Source: a virus. From it: a DNA stretch of 23,896 nt. The notes under the pieces are model-generated. The model was not told the origin of the DNA, did no database searches, and saw only the letters and a program-made list of their open reading frames with translations. The first letter of the stretch is position 1. Each line of letters opens with the position of its first letter. The translations under genes and the position numbers were made by a program. Below, piece after piece: positions 19,263 through 23,896 of this stretch. The DNA is taken from the UHGV virus genome UHGV-0115697; one strand, 5' to 3'.

Positions 19263-19287
19263 AATAAAAAGCCCCGCATCGCGAGGC
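19263..19287 (-). terminator. Intrinsic terminator (minus strand) after the lysis cassette
   Basis: Minus-strand GCCUCGC-GAU-GCGGGGC hairpin (plus 19271-19287) followed by UUUUUAUU (plus 19263-19270); 35 nt after Rz stop. Confidence 0.55.
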
Positions 19288-19321
19288 TCATTAAATGGAC
19301 TTTGTGATTTGCAAAAAAAAA

Positions 19322-19789
19322 TTATTTCAGGCATTGCGTCCTGATGTATTCCTGCAGGTAGTTAACCTGCGCGGTTATCTTATCGATTCCACTTCGGAGA
19401 CGGTAATAATTGAGTTCAGCATCTGCTGTAAGTCTTGGGCTTTCTCCATCGCCCATGCCGCTGGCTCCGGTCGTTGACTTTGCACAGGTGGCGGCGACTT
19501 GCAGGCGCTTACGCCCAGCAGAAACATCAGCACGGAGGCTTTCGATAGTCGCGTTAGCATCAGCAAGCTCCTTTGTGTATCTGGCGTCAAGTTCTGCTAC
19601 ATCACGTTGACGCTTCTGCATGTCTTTAATGGTGGCGGTCGCCAGGAGGAGTTTCTCAGTGGCCTTATCGCGCTGGTCTCTGTAAGTGATGGCGTTGTCG
19701 CGGTAGTGGTTCACGAAGAAAGCCAGTGCGCCGATTAACGCCAGCACCAGCAACTGCAGCCAGTAACGCTTAACCAGTGCGCTAATCAT
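19322..19789 (-). CDS. Rz: Spanin inner-membrane subunit Rz (i-spanin)
   Basis: 155 aa; N-terminal TM segment then AVNHYRDNAITY..RDK...DMQ.RQRDVA.LDA.YTKELADA, closely matching lambda Rz; ATGA overlap with lysozyme stop. Confidence 0.9.
   Translation of the reverse strand: MISALVKRYWLQLLVLALIGALAFFVNHYRDNAITYRDQRDKATEKLLLATATIKDMQKRQRDVAELDARYTKELADANATIESLRADVSAGRKRLQVAATCAKSTTGASGMGDGESPRLTADAELNYYRLRSGIDKITAQVNYLQEYIRTQCLK
19375..19560 (-). CDS. Rz1: Spanin outer-membrane lipoprotein subunit Rz1 (o-spanin), embedded in +1 frame within Rz
   Basis: MLTRLSKASVLMFLLGVSAC with lipobox V-S-A-C and Cys at position 20, then Pro-rich KSPPPVQSQRPEPAAW; fully embedded in Rz as in lambda. Alternative start ATG at 19527. 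Confidence 0.8.
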   Translation of the reverse strand: MLTRLSKASVLMFLLGVSACKSPPPVQSQRPEPAAWAMEKAQDLQQMLNSIITVSEVESIR

Positions 19790-20235
19790 GACAGGAACAG
19801 AGCTCGCTCTGCCTTGCGGCGATTCGTGAGCCCCGGCATCACCTTTCCGCCTGATTTATTCCAGCGCAGAAATTCATCTGCCGCGCCTTTTATATCGCCA
19901 GCATTCAGCTTTTTCAGCAGTGTAGATGTGGAAAGAGCACGCGACCCAACGTTGTAAGCGAACGACACCAGTGCGTCGAACTGGCCTTGTGTCAGCTTCA
20001 CCCTGACAACTTTCAGCACGTCATTCTCATAACCAACAAGCCCTGTTTTCAGAAGCCTGTCAGCGGTTTGCTGGTCGATAGTCATACCGCGCTTTACTGG
20101 CTTTCCGTCAACCGGATGGGTCCAGCCATAGCCGATGGTCCACGGCGCATCTCCCGTTCCGGGGTCTGGGTAAGCAGTCAGCCGACAACCTTCAAATTTT
20201 TTTATCAGAGCAATTCCGTCAGGACTGGTTTGCAT
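19786..20235 (-). CDS. Endolysin, P22 gp19-type lysozyme (GH24, T4-lysozyme-like)
   Basis: [21 protein letters not shown]......TIGYG.T and C-terminal ...[11 protein letters not shown] match remembered P22 gp19; ATG at 20235 preferred over upstream track start, which would overlap holin by 89 nt. Confidence 0.9.
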   Translation of the reverse strand: MQTSPDGIALIKKFEGCRLTAYPDPGTGDAPWTIGYGWTHPVDGKPVKRGMTIDQQTADRLLKTGLVGYENDVLKVVRVKLTQGQFDALVSFAYNVGSRALSTSTLLKKLNAGDIKGAADEFLRWNKSGGKVMPGLTNRRKAERALFLS

Positions 20236-20542
20236 CGTCAACTCCCGCCTTTTTTGCTGCAAGTTTTTTAATAAGATTGCCGATCGAATCGGTGCCGATG
20301 TATCCAATAAAGACGCTGGCTATGTAGGCGAGGTTGCTGCTCAGGCCGATAAAGTCCAGAAGGTCACGAACGAACCAGGCAATCATCGCGCACATCAGCG
20401 CATCAATTAGCGTTTTTGTTACCGCGCCGCCGTTATAGCGACCACGCAGATACGCCATGATAAAAGCCAGCATTGCACCAATACCCTGCTCCTTGGCGGC
20501 AAGTAGCGCAGCGATGAAATCTTGTTTGTATGGCATTTTCAT
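20219..20542 (-). CDS. S: Class I holin, lambda S-type with dual-start (Met-Lys-Met) motif
   Basis: 107 aa [91 protein letters not shown] matches lambda S107; GGAGGTGA SD; ATGs at 20542 and 20536. Confidence 0.9.
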   Translation of the reverse strand: MKMPYKQDFIAALLAAKEQGIGAMLAFIMAYLRGRYNGGAVTKTLIDALMCAMIAWFVRDLLDFIGLSSNLAYIASVFIGYIGTDSIGNLIKKLAAKKAGVDDANQS

Positions 20543-20650
20543 AGGCCTCACCTCCGATTTTTCGGATGGCGCTGTGTGTGTATGAAAAGGATCAGGCTTC
20601 ACTGGCTGGATTTTCAACAAAGCACGTAGTGATTGATTCCCGTGAGCCTG

Positions 20651-20675
20651 AAATAAAAAACCCGCTCAAGGCGGG
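20651..20675 (-). terminator. Intrinsic terminator (minus strand), tR'-like, downstream of the tRNAs and upstream of holin
   Basis: Minus-strand CCCGC-CUUGA-GCGGG hairpin (plus 20661-20675) followed by UUUUUUAUUU (plus 20651-20660). Confidence 0.6.
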
Positions 20676-20731
20676 AATGTTAGGGTGTGGCAATGTCAGC
20701 TCTGCGGCTGAAGATACCCTGGCTGGGTTTT

Positions 20732-20807
20732 TGGTGCCGGTTAACGGATTTGAACCGCTACCTATTCACTTACAAGGCGACCGCTCTACCATTGGAGCTA
20801 AACCAGC
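20732..20807 (-). tRNA. tRNA-Thr (anticodon UGU)
   Basis: 76-nt minus-strand cloverleaf GCTGGTT-TA-GCTC-CAATGGTA-GAGC-G-GTCGC-CTTGTAA-GTGAA-TAGGT-AGCGG-TTCAAAT-CCGTT-AACCGGC-A-CCA: 7/7 acceptor pairs (one G-U), 4-bp D stem, T loop TTCAAAT, encoded CCA; anticodon stem has one G.A and one G-U. Confidence 0.65.
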
Positions 20808-20812
20808 ATGTT

Positions 20813-20887
20813 TGGCGGGACAGCGTGGACTCGAACCACGATAAGAAGGTTAACAGCCTTCCGTAATGACCTTTATACGACTGACCC
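20813..20887 (-). tRNA. tRNA-Asn (anticodon GUU)
   Basis: 75-nt minus-strand cloverleaf; perfect anticodon stem GAAGG/CCTTC with loop CTGTTAA; T arm CGTGG-TTCGAGT-CCACG as in E. coli tRNA-Asn; discriminator G and encoded CCA; one U.U mismatch at acceptor 4-69; 5-nt spacer to tRNA-Thr. Confidence 0.65.
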
Positions 20888-20950
20888 AAATAAAAAAAGC
20901 CACCGTTGCAACTTAAGAGTCACTAACGGCAGCTTACCCTCTAATTATGG

Positions 20951-21469
20951 CTAAATGGCTAATTGCATGTCAAGGTTTTTAACAGCAACATGCTTAACTT
21001 TCTCAACACGTTTACGCATTTTGAAAGCATTTTGCATTGGTTGGTACAAAACAAATAATGACGCTTTCAGGATGTCGTCAATTTCATTTCTACAGGTTGC
21101 CAGTGAAGGTTTTCTCCATCCCTCGCCACCACGTCCACACATCTTGCGTGGCTTTGCAGTCGCGTGATAGTAGGATGCAATTGCTCGCTTAGATGAACCA
21201 TGAGCGTAGTAGCTGAGGAGGATGCCAAAGGCTTTCTTGTCAATGTACATGACGGAATCGACGACCTGAGAAATCAACATTCCATCGTCATCATTACACA
21301 TTGGCCTTGTCATAACTCTTCCCGGCTCTACGCTCTCCATGAACTTAACTATTACGCTGCTCATGCGCTTTTCCAGACGACCTGAATAAACCCATGCCCC
21401 CCACAGTTCAAGCCAGCCATTCAGCCAATCGTGCTGTTCTTTGGTGAGGTTTATTTCTCTTATGCTCAT
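20951..21469 (-). CDS. Q: Late-gene antiterminator Q (phage 82 / QuuD family)
   Basis: 172 aa; L.LWGAWVYS...SRPMCNDDDGMLI resembles remembered QuuD (..ERWGAWAA...SRPQCCDDDAMII); sits immediately upstream of the tRNA/lysis late leader. Confidence 0.7.
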   Translation of the reverse strand: MSIREINLTKEQHDWLNGWLELWGAWVYSGRLEKRMSSVIVKFMESVEPGRVMTRPMCNDDDGMLISQVVDSVMYIDKKAFGILLSYYAHGSSKRAIASYYHATAKPRKMCGRGGEGWRKPSLATCRNEIDDILKASLFVLYQPMQNAFKMRKRVEKVKHVAVKNLDMQLAI

Positions 21470-21654
21470 CGTCTTCCTCTCTTGCCCTGTTTGACCATCA
21501 GGACGCCGTTAACTATTACGTGACGCTCACCTTTGCTGTCTCGGTTGTACTTGAGCACTGTTCCTCTTGCGCAGGAAAGCATCCTCGCCACTTCGGTCTG
21601 ATTGCCTCGTGTCTGGATAAGAAGCTCTGGTATCGTTTGAATTGTGGCGTTCAT
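21466..21654 (-). CDS. ninH: NinH (Fis-like small DNA-binding protein)
   Basis: 62 aa; ..KTIP..L....GNQTEVAR.L.C.RGTV.KY..D..G..H.IVN.VLMV matches remembered lambda NinH. Confidence 0.85.
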   Translation of the reverse strand: MNATIQTIPELLIQTRGNQTEVARMLSCARGTVLKYNRDSKGERHVIVNGVLMVKQGKRGRR

Positions 21655-22013
21655 ACGTTCTCCAGTTCAGTGATTTTTATTCCAAGCCGTCCGCCTGGTA
21701 CTTTCACACCACGAATTACGCGAATGTCATCGAATTGCTCGTCGTCTTCCGCAAATCCGGCGTGGATAAGGGAGTCGAGTAAACCTTTCAGGATGTTGTC
21801 GAGGTCGCGGCGGCGGGAATCTGGAACGTCTGCGATGACTTTGATGCGGAGTCGTGATTTGGTGAAAATGTCTAACTTGAGTTGGCGAATGATTTGCTGA
21901 ACGTCTTTTCGGTATTTCTGGCCTTTATCGCTGATGTAGTATTGGCTTTCCCGTCTTCGCCAGTAGGTGTTCACCGACGGCGGGTACGGAAGCACAAACT
22001 GATATTCGTTCAT
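21651..22013 (-). CDS. rusA: RusA-type Holliday junction resolvase
   Basis: 120 aa; LPYPPSVN.Y.......DRRRRDLDN..K...D.L..AGF..DD.Q...RV....GGRL...ITE matches remembered E. coli RusA; ATGA overlap with ybcO. Confidence 0.85.
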   Translation of the reverse strand: MNEYQFVLPYPPSVNTYWRRRESQYYISDKGQKYRKDVQQIIRQLKLDIFTKSRLRIKVIADVPDSRRRDLDNILKGLLDSLIHAGFAEDDEQFDDIRVIRGVKVPGGRLGIKITELENV

Positions 22014-22300
22014 GACTTAATCTTCCCCTCCTTCAGCAGTATCGCCTGCGTCCTGATCACGCCTTCGAGGTGGTAAAGTCTGGCGTCTTTGTTGTCGAGA
22101 TTATGGGTGCGTCGGTCGATTTCATCGTGACACGCGCTACAAGCCCATGCGCCGATCATGTCGTCAGGTTTCATTCCCGTTCCGCAAATTCCAGCCATCC
22201 GGTAATGTGCCAGAACTGTAGTTTCAGGATTGCCATTGCATATGCCGTAAATACGTACCTGGCATTCTCTGCCACGTGCTTCTTTGCGTAGATTAGCCAT
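22010..22300 (-). CDS. ybcO: YbcO / NinX-like DUF1364 protein (putative zinc-binding nuclease)
   Basis: 96 aa; MA.LRK.ARGRECQVRI.G.CNGNPET.VLAH.R..G.CGTG.KP.D.I.A.ACSACHDEIDRRTH matches remembered DLP12 YbcO. Confidence 0.8.
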   Translation of the reverse strand: MANLRKEARGRECQVRIYGICNGNPETTVLAHYRMAGICGTGMKPDDMIGAWACSACHDEIDRRTHNLDNKDARLYHLEGVIRTQAILLKEGKIKS

Positions 22301-22505
22301 TTACCTTCCCTCGCAATTGAAGAATTGACTGAAGGTCTTTTTTAATAAATATGCGAGTGCGAATTGAGCAGTAGTTTTCCTTCATTCTGGCGTAGTAATA
22401 GTCCTTTCGTTGTTTAAGCTTGTTGGCATCCGCTGTCATCCAGTCTTTTACAGCAAACTTAATTAACCAGCGGTGGCAGAGATACCATTTCAGGTAATCA
22501 CTCAT
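22293..22505 (-). CDS. Hypothetical 70-aa basic protein inserted between ninF and ybcO
   Basis: ATG at 22505 lies in ATGAGTGA overlap with ninF stop; 8-nt overlap with ybcO start; AT-rich; no homolog recognised. Confidence 0.45.
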   Translation of the reverse strand: MSDYLKWYLCHRWLIKFAVKDWMTADANKLKQRKDYYYARMKENYCSIRTRIFIKKDLQSILQLRGKVNG

Positions 22506-22668
22506 CGTCTTCTTCCTCGTACATTGAGCTATTCGGATCGCTCATCAGTTCTGCGCAGCAGTGCTCACACACGTGAACTTCCAGCACATGCAGCTTCTGA
22601 CCGCAATTAGCGCACGTTAAAGCCCGCTCGACGCTTTCTTGTTCGTAACTTCGATTTGGGTCAATCAC
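22498..22668 (-). CDS. ninF: NinF
   Basis: Hand translation [56 protein letters not shown] matches remembered lambda NinF; GTG start at 22668 in GTGA overlap with ninE stop; below the ORF-track length cutoff. Confidence 0.85.
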   Translation of the reverse strand: MIDPNRSYEQESVERALTCANCGQKLHVLEVHVCEHCCAELMSDPNSSMYEEEDDE

Positions 22669-22847
22669 CTTGTTTTCCTCGCACGTTCTCTAAGCCACCG
22701 GATATCCCACAGGTGAGCCGTGTAGTTGAAGGTTTTTACGTCAGATTCTTTTGGGATTGGCTTGCGTTTATTTCTGGAGCGTTTCGTTGGAAGGTATTTG
22801 CAGTTTTCACAGATTATGTCGGTGAAACTTCGTCGCTGTCGTCTCAT
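22665..22847 (-). CDS. ninE: NinE
   Basis: 60 aa [60 protein letters not shown] resembles remembered lambda NinE; ATGA overlap with ninB stop. Track ORF is 15 codons longer. Confidence 0.7.
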   Translation of the reverse strand: MRRQRRSFTDIICENCKYLPTKRSRNKRKPIPKESDVKTFNYTAHLWDIRWLRERARKTR

Positions 22848-23254
22848 TCGTACCTCCTGTCGGTAAATCTGACACCCTGACCAATAGCCCATGCTGTCGT
22901 GTACTCAATCAGGCTTGCCATGCGCTTCACGCTCATCTGTGCGCTGCTTTCGCGAATGTTGACGTATTCACCTTCAAGGCCGGGCAAAACATCAGCTTCC
23001 TGCTTTGTTGCCACTGCATGACCGCTTATCAACAAAACCTTCCATTGTTCTGGTTTTAACCATTTGCCGCACCATTGAACCTGACTTGCGATATCCGCCA
23101 GCATCGCGTGAAATTTTGCGTTCTGGTCAAGGTTGCGCTTGTAGTCAGTAATGCGGATGGTAACTGGCTTGTCTTTATCGAGTGGTGTTGCGAGGATGGC
23201 GGTGATTGCGGCTTGCTGTTGTTGCTTACTCCTGAGGAAAATTGTCTGTTTCAT
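22844..23254 (-). CDS. ninB: NinB (Orf-family recombination mediator)
   Basis: 136 aa from ATG at 23254 (GAGGAA SD); P.TI.I.....R.LDQN.K..A.L.D...QV.W.G.WL..E.WK matches remembered lambda NinB. Confidence 0.85.
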   Translation of the reverse strand: MKQTIFLRSKQQQQAAITAILATPLDKDKPVTIRITDYKRNLDQNAKFHAMLADIASQVQWCGKWLKPEQWKVLLISGHAVATKQEADVLPGLEGEYVNIRESSAQMSVKRMASLIEYTTAWAIGQGVRFTDRRYE

Positions 23255-23262
23255 GGAATTCC

Positions 23263-23475
23263 TCAATATGTGTAAAGGCTATATCCGTTTTTATTTGTCC
23301 TGGTGCCATAGCCATATAGGCTCCAGTCATCCTGTTTTCTCTCACCAAAAATATGCTTGCGGTATTCTTCCTGCTGGCGTCTCCATATTTCCATCATGTC
23401 TGGCTGGTTCTTTTCTCGCATTTTTCGAATCTGCTCAAGGATGAACTCTATTTGCTGCTGATTTGTCATGCTCAC
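23263..23475 (-). CDS. Hypothetical 70-aa protein upstream of ninB
   Basis: ORF-track ORF (MSMTNQQQIEFILEQIRKMREKNQ...), stop 9 nt before ninB start; position corresponds to lambda ren-like small genes but no homology recognised. Confidence 0.45.
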   Translation of the reverse strand: MSMTNQQQIEFILEQIRKMREKNQPDMMEIWRRQQEEYRKHIFGERKQDDWSLYGYGTRTNKNGYSLYTY

Positions 23476-23479
23476 TCCT

Positions 23480-23695
23480 TTACTTTAAATCCAGACTCCG
23501 AATAATTCTGTTGCGCTGAAACTCATTGTTGAGTTTGGACAACCGTCGAAGAACACGGTCACGCGGATAGATACGTGGCTTAGGGGCGTTTTTCTGTCTC
23601 TCGCCAGTCGGAAGTCTGGAAGCAGACCAGTACCGCTTTGCACGACCAATGTTCTCCTGAAAGTCGGCGCGGACAAGCTCAGTCATCGAACTCAT
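23480..23695 (-). CDS. Hypothetical 71-aa basic protein
   Basis: ORF-track ORF (MSSMTELVRADFQENIGRAKRYW...); ATG at 23695 overlaps AAATGA with a possible upstream 30-aa ORF; downstream of tR2-like terminator. Confidence 0.45.
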   Translation of the reverse strand: MSSMTELVRADFQENIGRAKRYWSASRLPTGERQKNAPKPRIYPRDRVLRRLSKLNNEFQRNRIIRSLDLK

Positions 23696-23723
23696 TTCTT
23701 AAAGCCTCCAATTACTCTCCCCC

Positions 23724-23755
23724 AAATAAAAAGGCCTGCGATTACCAGCAGGCCT
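23724..23755 (-). terminator. Strong intrinsic terminator (minus strand), tR2-like, at entry to nin region
   Basis: Perfect 8-bp stem AGGCCUGC / 8-nt loop / GCAGGCCU (plus 23732-23755) followed on minus transcript by UUUUUAUUU (plus 23724-23731). Confidence 0.65.
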
Positions 23756-23896
23756 GTTATTAGCTCAGTGATGTAGATGGTCATTGCCTTACCTCCATAA
23801 GCGCCCTATTAATAAACGCCGTCATTGGATTTGCACATCCCAACCCCGTACCATCTGGATTTCTTTTAATTGGCTCCTTCTTCACTTTGCGTTTTG

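Noticed and set aside
19242-19334. 31-codon upstream extension of the DUF2829-like ORF
   Set aside because: Would run through the post-Rz terminator hairpin and overlap Rz; the ATG at 19241 avoids both, though its SD is only moderate.
20236-20307. 24-codon upstream extension of the lysozyme ORF
   Set aside because: Would overlap the holin by 89 nt; P22 gp19 alignment starts at the ATG at 20235.
20543-20620. 26-codon upstream extension of the holin ORF
   Set aside because: Lambda S homology begins at the MKM dual-start motif, which has a strong SD; the extension would lie in the late leader.
1-23896. CRISPR arrays, IS elements, integrase/att sites, toxin-antitoxin pairs
   Set aside because: No spaced direct-repeat array, no transposase-like ORF with terminal inverted repeats and no integrase-like ORF was seen; the window appears to lie entirely inside the prophage late region.

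Overview
This window is the late (morphogenetic) half of a P22-like short-tailed lambdoid prophage of an enterobacterium (E. coli/Shigella/Salmonella type). Almost everything is on the minus strand, transcribed from high to low coordinates. Order: nin region (ninB, ninE, ninF, ybcO, rusA, ninH), Q antiterminator, two tRNA genes (Thr-UGU, Asn-GUU) ending at a tR'-like terminator, lysis cassette (lambda S-type dual-start holin, P22-type lysozyme, Rz with embedded Rz1), a ~2 kb accessory island of small genes, small and large terminase, portal, scaffold, coat, gp4, gp10, tail needle gp26, gp14, ejection proteins gp7/gp20/gp16, and a tailspike whose N-terminal ~110 aa match the P22 head-binding domain while the rest differs from P22. 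The most unusual locus is at 1712-3605, where P22 carries sieA-mnt-arc-ant: a 322-aa soluble protein and the only plus-strand gene in the window (a 212-aa ~4-TM membrane protein) are divergently arranged around a 160-bp region with four ATGC-NN-GCAT palindromes, and the locus looks AT-rich. I propose it as an uncharacterised superinfection-exclusion/defence or antirepressor-type module. All homology calls come from reading the supplied translations against remembered reference proteins; no database search, HMM scan or GC computation was run. No integrase, att site, IS element or CRISPR array was seen.
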